A stretch of DNA of 53,780 nt from Chrysochromulina tobinii (lineage: Eukaryota): positions 1 to 53,780 of the forward strand of contig JWZX01003390.1 in assembly GCA_001275005.1 (NCBI GenBank). Reading direction: 5' to 3'. The position numbers and the translations under genes are program-made. Every line of letters starts with the position of its first letter. Position 1 is the stretch's first letter. Under the pieces are notes generated by a model, which worked only from the letters and a program-made list of their open reading frames with translations, ran no database searches and was not told the DNA's origin. This document shows positions 29,820 through 39,538 of this stretch, piece by piece.

Positions 29820-31790
29820 CTACGCACCGAGGGTCCGTGAGCCACCCCTTGAGGCCATTTCCGGGCGCGTCATGCGCGAGCCCGGGCGCGCCGGCGCCGT
29901 CGAGGGCGGTGGGGGTCGTGCCGTCGCGGGCGCCGTCGCGGGCGCCTCTTCTTCGCCCGCCGCACTCATCATGTCGAGCAGCCGGTCGCGTACCTCGCGT
30001 TGCACGTGCTCCATCGACTCGTTGAGCTCGGGGAAGATGTCGTGCGCGGAGCCCTGGTCAAGGCGGCGTCGCCTCGTTGAGCAGCGAGATCTTCGAGGCA
30101 CGCACGAGCACCTGTGGGGAAGGAAGGGCGCCGTGGTGAGCACTTGCATGCAAGGCAGGGTCCATCTTAGGTTCGAGGCACGCACGAGCACCTCTGCCTC
30201 CAGCATCGCTGCCATCCGCTCAAAGTTGATCTGGCCGGGAGATCCGATGAGACGCGGCTCGAGGCCGTTGACGTGCAATTTGAGGCACGGCGCGAGAACG
30301 GCAATCTTGATGGCGGAGAGCACTTCTTTCATCGTACGTTCTCGCTCGCTTTGTCGTTTGAGCTCGGCCGCCTCCCTCATTGCAGACTCGTGCCGACGCT
30401 GCTCATCCGCACGTGCAGACTGGTGCGCCTGCAGGAGGGCCTGCTGCTGCAGCGCGCTCAGCTCGTCGCGAAGCCGCTTCGCCTCAGCGCGCTCGGCAGC
30501 GGCCGCCTCAAACCCCGCCTGCGCCAGAGCCGATTGCGCCTCCGCCTCCGCGCGTGCAGCCGCCGCCTTGTGCTCGACTCGCGCGCGCATGGCCTCCGCC
30601 TCCGCCTCGGCTTTGGCGGCCTTGGCCGCACTCTCGAGCACGCTCGCGAGGGCCGACCGGCGCGCGCGCGAGCGCTGCCTGTGCTGGATGCGGCGGCATG
30701 CGTCAAGGCGCCGAAGACCGCGGCGCTCCGCCTCGGTCTGCACGACGATCGTGTGCAGCTCGGTGCGCGCGACGTCGAGTGCCCGAGTGAGCGCGTCTTG
30801 ATGCTGCTGCTGCTCCTGCTGCTGCTGCTGCGCGCTCGCGGCGGCGGCGGCGGCGTGCTCGCGTGCGCGCTGCTCGGCCAGATCGCGATCTCGACGCGCC
30901 GTCTCGAGCTCCGCCTCCCGCTGTGAGGACATCTCGCGCCATCTCGCCATCTCCGCTGCGAGATGCTCGCGCCGCCGGCGCTCCTCCTCGAGCGCCGCAC
31001 AAGCCCGCGCGGCCGCGGCCTCGCGCTCGCGCCGCTCGCGCTCCTCCGCCTCTGCGGCCTGGCGTGCGGCTAGGGCGACAGCCGCGGCCGCACCCTCGCT
31101 TCTCCTAAGCGCCTCGAGCTCATTTGCCAGCCTCCCATTCTCTGCATGCGCCTCAGCGAGCCGACGTTGCAGCTCGGCCGCCTCGTGCGCCGCCGCCGCC
31201 GCCTCGCGCCCGAACCGCTCAAAGTCAGCCTGGTGGGCCGTAGCGATCTCTCGCGCGCCAGCCGTGGCGAGTTGCTCGCCTTCCCGAGCCACATACAGCT
31301 GCCGCGTGCGCAGAACGAGCTCCTCCCTGAGACCTGCCACCGAGGCCTCGAGCTCGCGCAGCCGCGCCGATGAGGCGAGTGCCTCCTCTTGCACGGCCTC
31401 GAGCTGCTCGCGCGCGTCCGAGGTCTCGGCGCGCACGCGGTGCAGCTTCGAGTTCATCTCTGCGCACTTGGCGCACTGGTGTGTCGGCGTCTCTGCTGGC
31501 GCACGCCCGTAGCCCCGAAACTGCGCGCCCGCCACCGTGCGCACAGGCGTCTGTCGCAGCGCGGGCAGGTCGATGGACGAGTTCGGGCGCCGCGCATCTT
31601 GCTTTCCGCCCAGCACGAGCATCCGGCTGCCACCGCCGAAGGCCGAGCTCGTGGCCGCGTGCTGCGCCACAATATCCCACGCGCTCTCCTCCGCAGGTAG
31701 CACACGCGCGCTGGGCGCGGAGAGAGGCGGGGGAGCGGTCAGCGGCGGCCGAGCATCGAGGAGCAGGTCCTTTCGAAAAGACGACAGCAT
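29820..31790 (-). CDS. Hypothetical coiled-coil protein with an intron-like insertion at 30112..30191
   Basis: Long E/R/A/Q-rich frame. The C-terminal frame depends on splicing (see findings). Confidence 0.7.
   Translation of the reverse strand: MLSSFRKDLLLDARPPLTAPPPLSAPSARVLPAEESAWDIVAQHAATSSAFGGGSRMLVLGGKQDARRPNSSIDLPALRQTPVRTVAGAQFRGYGRAPAETPTHQCAKCAEMNSKLHRVRAETSDAREQLEAVQEEALASSARLRELEASVAGLREELVLRTRQLYVAREGEQLATAGAREIATAHQADFERFGREAAAAAHEAAELQRRLAEAHAENGRLANELEALRRSEGAAAAVALAARQAAEAEERERREREAAAARACAALEEERRRREHLAAEMARWREMSSQREAELETARRDRDLAEQRAREHAAAAAASAQQQQQEQQQHQDALTRALDVARTELHTIVVQTEAERRGLRRLDACRRIQHRQRSRARRSALASVLESAAKAAKAEAEAEAMRARVEHKAAAARAEAEAQSALAQAGFEAAAAERAEAKRLRDELSALQQQALLQAHQSARADEQRRHESAMREAAELKRQSERERTMKEVLSAIKIAVLAPCLKLHVNGLEPRLIGSPGQINFERMAAMLEAEVLVRASNLRWTLPCMQVLTTAPFLPHRCSCVPRRSRCSTRRRRLDQGSAHDIFPELNESMEHVQREVRDRLLDMMSAAGEEEAPATAPATARPPPPSTAPARPGSRMTRPEMASRGGSRTLGA
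30112..30191 (-). mobile_element. Introner-like 80-nt GT-AG intron flanked by a 22-bp direct duplication
   Basis: AGGTGCTCGTGCGTGCCTCGAA at both junctions. The 3' module GCATGCAAGTGCTCAC...CACAG is shared with intron 52140..52245. Confidence 0.65.
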
Positions 31791-31924
31791 TCTGCTCGGC
31801 GAACAGGCGGTGGAAAGTGTGAACAGCTGTGAACTTGACTACAACATAGCAATCGTGTGGTAGTGGCTGGTCGGTACCTTGTGTGTCGATTCAACTGACC
31901 CTTTCTCAACATAGCAACCCGCGA

Positions 31925-32671
31925 ATGCGCGGCGTCGTCCCGATGCGGATCTTGCTGGTCGCCACTGTTCTCGCTCTCTACGGTAGCAACACAGTCGCAC
32001 GACCTGGCCGCAACGTAGTTCGCGCGCGGCGCTCCAGCATGCGGCTCGACTTTGGACCGCCGCAAGACGACGAGGCCGACGAGCAATTTGAGGCGCACAT
32101 GTCGGCAATCCACGCAGCGCTGGACGCCGCTGTGGACATTGAGGACTATGCAGAGGCGCAGCGCCTTAAAGCCATCATGGATGCTGCGACGGCGGCGCGC
32201 GTCGCCCAAAGCGATGCCGCATGGGAGGCGGCAGCGGCTGCAACCTTTACGACACCCGAGAGCCCTGTGCCGCCGACCAGCATGGAATCCCTCGGCGGCT
32301 TCCGCTACGACACGCGCAGCACGCGGTCCGTCGCTGCGTCGTCCAACGCGATGAGCTCGCAGGTACGCGTCGACGACGAGTGGACCGACGCGCTCGAGGA
32401 GCTCGTGTGCCGGCAGATGAAGGGCGCCTTCGACAACTACCCACCATCAGAGGTGGAGGCGCTGCTTGCGGGGCTGGTCGAGGCCTCCTACCAGCAGACG
32501 GGCAGCGCGGAGCGCACCTTGCGCGAGCTCGCTGGGCTGGCGCGCCAAATGGAGGCGCTCGAGAAGGCGGCGGAGCGCGGTGCGGGCGCTCCCGAGTACC
32601 TCGAGGACGAGGCGCGTGCAGTGCGCTCGCAGATTCGCATGTGGGGGAAGGACGGAGAGCAGTACACTTAG
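31925..32671 (+). CDS. Hypothetical signal-peptide protein with a UVR (UvrB/C)-like motif
   Basis: Hydrophobic leader ILLVATVLAL and AALDAAVDIEDYAEAQRLK. Confidence 0.65.
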   Translation: MRGVVPMRILLVATVLALYGSNTVARPGRNVVRARRSSMRLDFGPPQDDEADEQFEAHMSAIHAALDAAVDIEDYAEAQRLKAIMDAATAARVAQSDAAWEAAAAATFTTPESPVPPTSMESLGGFRYDTRSTRSVAASSNAMSSQVRVDDEWTDALEELVCRQMKGAFDNYPPSEVEALLAGLVEASYQQTGSAERTLRELAGLARQMEALEKAAERGAGAPEYLEDEARAVRSQIRMWGKDGEQYT

Positions 32672-33176
32672 GTAGGCGAAGTCTAAGGACGCACGCAATT
32701 TCTAAAAAATGGGCAGTGCAATGGCAGTCGTAGTGCCTAACTACATACAACATAATCACCCTGCGCCAGTTGCCGGACCCCGGGGGGCGCGTTACCGTAA
32801 GGAGACGAGATCGAGAGTGAGGTCCGAGGAGCAGCGGATTGCGCCACCAAACTCCACCGAAGCATACCGTAGAGGCCTGACGCACACGATCCTAGCGAAT
32901 CGAAATCGCCCTCGCACGCATCGGCAAGCGCATGGAAGCCTTAGCTTCAGAGATGGGCGAGTTCTCAGACGAAGTTAGCAGTCTCGTGGTATTTGCTGGC
33001 GAGCAGCTGCGGTCAACGTCGTCCATGACGAAGAAATCTTCGACAACTTGAGTAGATTCTCGCTCCGTCTGCTCTGTGAAATTGAGTGGCCGCCTTGTGC
33101 GTGCTCGCGAGGTTCAGTACTCCCTCCACTGCTGCCGCTCGCGACTTCGTCAGGGTGACGTTCACTCAGCAGTCGC

Positions 33177-35362
33177 TCAGCTACCATACCCTGCCAAGAG
33201 CGCCTCCATCGCCCTCATCTTTGCAGCATCGTTGCTCTCCACCCCGTACTCGAGCTCAGAGCGTACACGCGTCTCGCGCATCATCGCAAGCGCGCGGTCG
33301 GCCTCGCCGCCCTCGCCGCCGCCCCCATTGGTCGCCTCTCCGGTCGCACTACCGACCGCGCGACGCGATGGGCTGCCGAGCACCGCTCCCCGCAGCCCCC
33401 AAGCCTCAATAGCCTCAAATACCGCGGGAAGCGTCTCCCACTTGTTCATCTCGCCGTGCGAGCGCCGCAGATCCCACAGCGCCACTGTGCGTCGCCAGAG
33501 CGCCCGCAGGATCTCTTCGACGGAATGTGCACCAACCACGCCGGCCTCGTCCCGCACGCCACATAGGAGACGCTGCTCACACCGGGCCCGTTGTGCCATC
33601 TTCTTTGCTGTTCTCACCGCCTCGGTCGCCTCCTCCTCCGCCGCCGCCACCGCCGCCACCGTCGAAGGTACCTCAGTTGGCGCGCTCGCCGCCACCGTCA
33701 TCTCGGCCGTTGGTGGCAACCCTAGTAGCGGTGCGGGCTGCGGCGCCCTGATCGCAGGTGGAGCATGCAGCATGCAAAGCTCGGTCAGGTGATCGAGCTG
33801 CACCTCGAGCAGCGTGCGCACCTGTGCACTCATCAGCGAGTGTCAGCGATCATCAGTTTGAATCACTCGATCTCAATCCATCGCCATGCAATCAAGATCA
33901 ATCAGCGGACCGTCCAATGCGCCGGCCCGAGCACCGCCACCACCGCCGGCAGCAGCGCCGGCAGCTGAGCGAAGGCACGCGTGCGCTCAGCGTCGGCGTC
34001 CGTCAGGCTTGAACGTTCAAGTAGAAGCCGCAACACATTGTGCGCTGCCTCCTCGAGCGCGTCCTCCCACATAAGGAAGCTGGCGTTGGGCAACCGAAGA
34101 GGCCACAGAGTGTCGCTCACACCGACAGCTGTGAAGTCAGCTGCCTCGCCATCGTCACACTTGCCCTCGTCGCCATCGGCCACGCCGTTGCTGCTCTCCG
34201 CACCCGGCCAGAGTCTATTTTTGGGTTGCCCAACGCCAGCTTCCTTTGGGCAGCTCTCCGCACCCGACCAGAGGAAGTCCACCCATCCTGTCCCCGAGGG
34301 CTTCCACAGCTCAAACGCCGCTGGTGCGCGGCAGACACAGTCTAAAGCCGCATCACATAGCTCGGCGCCACACGAGGCCGCGTTGCACCGCCACACTCCA
34401 TCGAGCGCACATGCAGCCATGTTGTTCGCGCTGCCGCCGCCGCCGCCGCCGCCGCCACCGCCACCGCCGTCGCTCTCGACACTCAAATCCACTCGAGAGG
34501 GTGTCTGCTCCGCATGGCTCACGCGCGGCCATCGAAGGAGCAGACCGCCTCCGCCACCATCGCCGGCGGTGCCTCCGGCGGGGCCGCCTTCCGACCTCAG
34601 CAACAACCCTGTCACGGGTGAGCGCGGCGTGTGGCAGCGGGGGCAGGGCAGCGCTCGATAACGATCAGCGATCGTCGCGCAGTCGGCGCAAGTGCACACG
34701 AACCCCTTGCTCTCCCAAAGAAGGCGGCGGCGGCGGAGGGCTCCGCAGTGGGCGTTGGCGCCCAGGTACGAGATCGTCGGGATCTCGCCGGCCGCCAGGT
34801 CGCGCGTCGCTCGGAAGCACAGGGACGATTCTTGGCCGTGAAAGATGACGGAGGGCGTGATGCAGCGATGCGTGAACTTGGCTCCGCGAGGGAAGAGCGA
34901 GGTCGCGCCGCCCGTGAGGTCGTCGGAAAGGTACCCAAATGCGTTGAGCGCGCACACGATCAGCACTTGCTCGAGGTCCTCGCACGCCAGCATGGCACAT
35001 TGCTCATCGTGCGAACGAATCCACCCTGCCGCCTTGGCCGCGCTCGTGACAATCGGATGATCGGGCGCGCAGCATTCGCGACCGCAGCACGCGCGCACCG
35101 CCTCCTCGCGAGCGACCACGTCTATCCGTCCGTACGCGTGTAAGATCATCAAATCTTCCACGTCCAATGAGAGGGCCTCTGCACCATCACCATACTCCTG
35201 CTGCTGCTCCTCTGGCAATGAACGCAGCTGCGTGGCGACGAGCAACGGCTTCTCGCGCAGCAAGAGCGTGCCAGCCGCGACGGGCTCCTTGCAAACGTAC
35301 GTCTCGCCTAGGCCCGCGACCGTGCGCAGCAACAGGGCCGGGTGGATGAACGCGCTAGTCAT
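33177..35362 (-). CDS. SET-domain (SMYD-like) protein; exons 35362..33911, 33821..33177
   Basis: GTLLLREKPL, LNAF, LFPRGAKFTHRC, ATRDLAAGEIPTISY, post-SET FVCTCADC. An 89-nt GT-AG intron 33822..33910 joins HWT|VRTLL in frame. Confidence 0.82.
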
Positions 35363-35867
35363 CGATGTCGCAAGTTCGTGTTCGCAGCCGTCTCCTCCGT
35401 TCGCGTGCCGGAGCACCCTCCCTCTCGGCCCCCGAAGAGGCTTCGAATGGACAGCGCCTCTGGGGGCGGTCGGACCTCGAGCACCCCGCGCGGCCTCAAG
35501 TCGGGAAACATGGGTCTCGTCAAATTCCAGTCGGTTTTAGTCAGTTTCGTCAGGGTCGTCGGTCCCCCCGCACTCACCACACCGTCTCAAAGGACGGCTC
35601 CGCTCCCCTCGGTCAAGTCAAGTACAGTACTGAGTACTCGCTCGCTTGGGCTTTCTCGGGCTACTCAATCATCTCAATTTCGCTATAGTCGAGGTCGGTC
35701 TCTATCAGCACACCAGGGAGGGAGGGTGATCTCTGGTGCTCGCTGCCCTATACTACCGCGTCAAAATTTGGATTCTGAGGACTGAAACGCAGAACGCTGA
35801 ACGCTGATCTCTCATCACACAAGCCCCATCGCATCACACGACACACACCTGTGCCCAAAACCCCGCA

Positions 35868-37775
35868 TCACAACTGCTCGAGAACACTTTTCGCCGACCC
35901 GGAGCCACTCTTGCGCGCCATGGAAATAGGCTGACCACTGCGCTTGGCTGCCGCCAGCTCGGCGTCCGTAGGAAACCTTGTACCGGCCTGCCGTTGGCTT
36001 GAAGGCGGCCTCGTGAAAGGACTTGGCGCCGGTGACGAACCCGGTGACACGCCTTTTCGAGATGGCGAAGAGGCGCGCCGAGGTGGCGAGGCGAGATCGA
36101 GATCGGGACGAGATCGAGGCGGCGAGGCGAGGCCGGGGCTGCCAGGCCTTTTGGGACTATTCCCTTTTGGCGAGACGCCCGCAGTCCCAAACCCCCCGCG
36201 GCCCGGCGAGGCCATTGCCTTCCGTGGGCTCCAGCAGGTGGCCTCGCCTTGGTTCCAAGGCGCCGCCATGACGCGCGAGGCGAGCTGCTGCCACTTGCCC
36301 GCATCCCACGCGTCGCGCTCAACGGCAGCACCGAGTCGGAGCGCTGGCGGCAGCCCTCGCGAGCGCGGCGAGCGCGGCGAGATGATCGCCGTGAACTCCT
36401 GCCGTCTCCGCTCCACGTCTAGCCACTTCGACCAAACCCCCTGGGGCGAGTGCAGGAAGTCGGTGACGGCTCCGATCGCATCCTTGAAGCGCCCTCCCAT
36501 CTCAGCCGGGCTGGCCCAGGGTGCGACCTCCCATTTGTCGCACAGGTCGCGCGCATCCACCAATGCCATCTCGTCGAGCCGGCGTAGCGGCACGGGCATC
36601 GACTTCGTGTCGTCCCCACCGAGGCAGCTGATGGCCTGCAGTGCGGGCGGCTCGCTGGCAAAGAGCATCACATCACATCGCTCGTGCTTGGCCATGGGGC
36701 TAGGTAGATGGATACGCGCCACCACGACGATTACATGCTCCAAGACTGCCCTGCGCCCACGGATGCCATCGCTGTCGCTGCGGTGCGCCGTGAGCAGTGA
36801 TTCATCCTGCAGCTTCTTCGCAGTGACAGTGGGGCACACCTCTTCGATGTCGAGCAACGAGGCTGTCCCCGACATGCCCACGTGCAGCTTCGCAGGCGTG
36901 TGCTGAATCCGCTCCTTGCGCTTGGCTCGCCGGTTGGCATAGAGCTCGAGCAACCGGCGCTTTGCCTCCTCGCGTAAGCGCTTTTGCTCCTCCTCGCGTA
37001 AGCGCCTTTGGATCCGTTGGGCCTCCGTTTCCATGAGCTCCTTCATAAGTCCTTGATAGAGCTCCTGACGGGGGATGATCAGGTTCAAGGCCACGAAGGT
37101 TAGGAGCGTGATGGCCAGCGCGACGAGCGCGACGGAAAAGAACATGAACATAGTGGTATCCAGTGGTGGGGGCAGTGGCGGCGGCGGTGGTGATGGATAT
37201 GATGGCGGTGGGTGGTGCGGGTGGTGTGATGGCGGTGGTGGCGTGGACGGGGGTGGCGGTGGCGGCGATGGATGTGGTGGCGGTGGGTGATGTGGGTGGT
37301 GTAATGGCGGTGGCGGTATAGAGTCCCCAATATTGACCTCGATGCCATCGGAGTCTTGAAGCAGCCGATGGCCGTTTCGGCCGAGCGTCAGATCACCTCG
37401 GGCCCCCAGCGGTGCGGCAGCAGGTGAGTGTCCCACGAGTAGGATGAGGCCACCGAGGACAGCGAGCGCACCGATACCCGCGAGAAGACGAGTTGGCCAG
37501 AAGATGGACAGGGCTGGCTGCGCGGAGGGCGTCGCCGTGGGCTCGTACATAGGCGACCCCTGCATTACCTCCGTCTCGTTGGGACCACCGCTCGCCTTGT
37601 TTGGACCACCGGCAGAGGCAGCTCCACGTGGCAAGGTGGGGAGAACATCGTTACTTGTGGCTGTACTTGGCCGGCTGGAGCTTATCTTAGCGCATATTGG
37701 GTTAGAGCCAGACTTGGCTGCGTGTGCCTTTACGAGGCCTGGATTGGGTGGGTTTCCCTTCGCCGTCGGGGCCAT
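35868..37775 (-). CDS. Hypothetical membrane protein with two TM segments flanking a Pro/His-rich region
   Basis: LLAGIGALAVLGGLILLV and FMFFSVALVALAITLLTFV, poly-Pro tract, coiled coil, SP-rich tail. Confidence 0.7.
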   Translation of the reverse strand: MAPTAKGNPPNPGLVKAHAAKSGSNPICAKISSSRPSTATSNDVLPTLPRGAASAGGPNKASGGPNETEVMQGSPMYEPTATPSAQPALSIFWPTRLLAGIGALAVLGGLILLVGHSPAAAPLGARGDLTLGRNGHRLLQDSDGIEVNIGDSIPPPPLHHPHHPPPPHPSPPPPPPSTPPPPSHHPHHPPPSYPSPPPPPLPPPLDTTMFMFFSVALVALAITLLTFVALNLIIPRQELYQGLMKELMETEAQRIQRRLREEEQKRLREEAKRRLLELYANRRAKRKERIQHTPAKLHVGMSGTASLLDIEEVCPTVTAKKLQDESLLTAHRSDSDGIRGRRAVLEHVIVVVARIHLPSPMAKHERCDVMLFASEPPALQAISCLGGDDTKSMPVPLRRLDEMALVDARDLCDKWEVAPWASPAEMGGRFKDAIGAVTDFLHSPQGVWSKWLDVERRRQEFTAIISPRSPRSRGLPPALRLGAAVERDAWDAGKWQQLASRVMAAPWNQGEATCWSPRKAMASPGRGGFGTAGVSPKGNSPKRPGSPGLASPPRSRPDLDLASPPRRASSPSRKGVSPGSSPAPSPFTRPPSSQRQAGTRFPTDAELAAAKRSGQPISMARKSGSGSAKSVLEQL

Positions 37776-38405
37776 CTCGGTTACGGACTCCGCACTTTCC
37801 CGTCGGCAAGAACTGCGGCGCGGGTCCAAGATGCAAAACACGAATTCGCACCTCGGCGTTTCGGCGTTCCAAGTTTTGTGATGAGGGGCAGAAGTTCAAG
37901 TTCAAGTTCAAGGGGCTGGAGAACCCCCACCCCCGAACAACTTTTGGAGCTTATTAAATTAATAATCCGGGAGAAAGACGTCTGTGGGAAGGTGTGGGTG
38001 CGACTGCAAATTGAGTGCAGAGCTGATTGAGTGCGAGTGAGTGTCTCGCTGGGAGATCTCTGGTTAGAGGGTACTGTGCACCGGAGCTTTGCCACGAAGC
38101 GGCATGAACCTCGCCGACGGGCATCGGACGCCTCCGACGGCCCAAAATTGGGCTACAGTCAGCGCGTCCAACTCGAACTCTCGAAGCGGGGAAGCCGGCC
38201 GGTGCTGCCTCGACCCGCCTGCTGTCGTGCTGTCTGTGTGATCACTGTCGTTCGCGATTCCGCTGGGACAAAGGCCTTGACGTGAAAGATGCGTTACATT
38301 TCTTGGGCAGACGGTTTCGTTTTTAAACTTTTTCCAGTCGCACTACTTTTTCCAGTCGCTCGCGGGCCTGACGGGGAGACTCAGTTCCTGTCCTGTTCTG
38401 CAGCC

Positions 38406-39131
38406 ATGCCCAATCGCCCGCTCTTCCTCGACCCCGCGGCCCAGAACGCGTACATCGCCGAGCACAACAAGCTGTTCGGCCACGAGTATGGCTCGGCGGA
38501 AATGATGGCCGGATCGCTTGCCAAGAAGGAGACGGTGCACACGGTGGAGAGGATCTCCAAGTTCGGAGGCACGATCAAGACCGGTGCGGTTTGCATGATC
38601 CCGGAGCAAACGTGGAACAAGGAAGACAAAACGTACCTCGCCCTCCATCCAGTTTCCTATTATGAGCGAGCACACGCCCATCCGACGCACGTCGTGGCTA
38701 CGGCCGGAATCCCGGGCTACACTGGCCACAAGCCGCACAATCCTAAGTGGTCTGTGCCGCTCCGGCGGCCTAACATGCGCGCGGATCACGTGCGGCAGCA
38801 CGTGGCCGCCAATGGCATGGCCGACCTCATTGATTTTGAGAACTACGAGCCGCAGAAGGCGCACGCACCCGACCACGTGTCGCTGCAACGCGACCACTTC
38901 CCGTCGCGTAAGCCGATGCCCGGGTACACAGGGTTCCTGCCGCAGAACAGGGAGCACTGCTTCGGCACCTCGGTCTACCGCGACAAGCCGCCCGTGACAC
39001 GCGCGCAGTCCGCCATCGAGGCCAAGGCAGTAGCAGGCAAGCGGGCGGAGTGGGAGGCGCAGTCCCGCGCCAACGACCCTCGTAACAAAGCAGGTTACGA
39101 TGGCGACTGGCGTGATGATTTCTCTTGCTGA
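38406..39131 (+). CDS. Probable ciliary microtubule-inner protein (FAM166/PGYTG-motif-like)
   Basis: Two motifs, IPGYTGHKP and MPGYTGFLP...FG. Confidence 0.6.
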   Translation: MPNRPLFLDPAAQNAYIAEHNKLFGHEYGSAEMMAGSLAKKETVHTVERISKFGGTIKTGAVCMIPEQTWNKEDKTYLALHPVSYYERAHAHPTHVVATAGIPGYTGHKPHNPKWSVPLRRPNMRADHVRQHVAANGMADLIDFENYEPQKAHAPDHVSLQRDHFPSRKPMPGYTGFLPQNREHCFGTSVYRDKPPVTRAQSAIEAKAVAGKRAEWEAQSRANDPRNKAGYDGDWRDDFSC

Positions 39132-39538
39132 GTGCGGCGCGCGACGCCTCGTCCGCGGCATGCGATGATGAAATCGGCAGGGGTTGCACAGAGCCTTGCC
39201 GCATGTGCATGCAGTGTTGCAGTTATGACCCATCCTCTTCATGTCCGTGAGCGGCTCTGGTGCTGGGAGCTATGCCACCGTGCTGGTGCCACCGAGCTGG
39301 TATACCCGTGCTCCATGCCAATGCGTTTGTGGCGCAGCGACCCCCCCGAGACCTGTGGTTCGGAGGCTGAGTGTGTGTTTGCTGTTTCTGTTTCTGTTCA
39401 AGTCCGACGAGACGCCATCGGGCGGGGGGGCATACCATTGTGCATCGCCGGTCGCCAATCTAAGACGTTCATTCACAGCCGTTTCACTCAACGATACGGT
39501 CCGCTCGCCGTCCGAATCACGCGATTCACACGGAGCCA

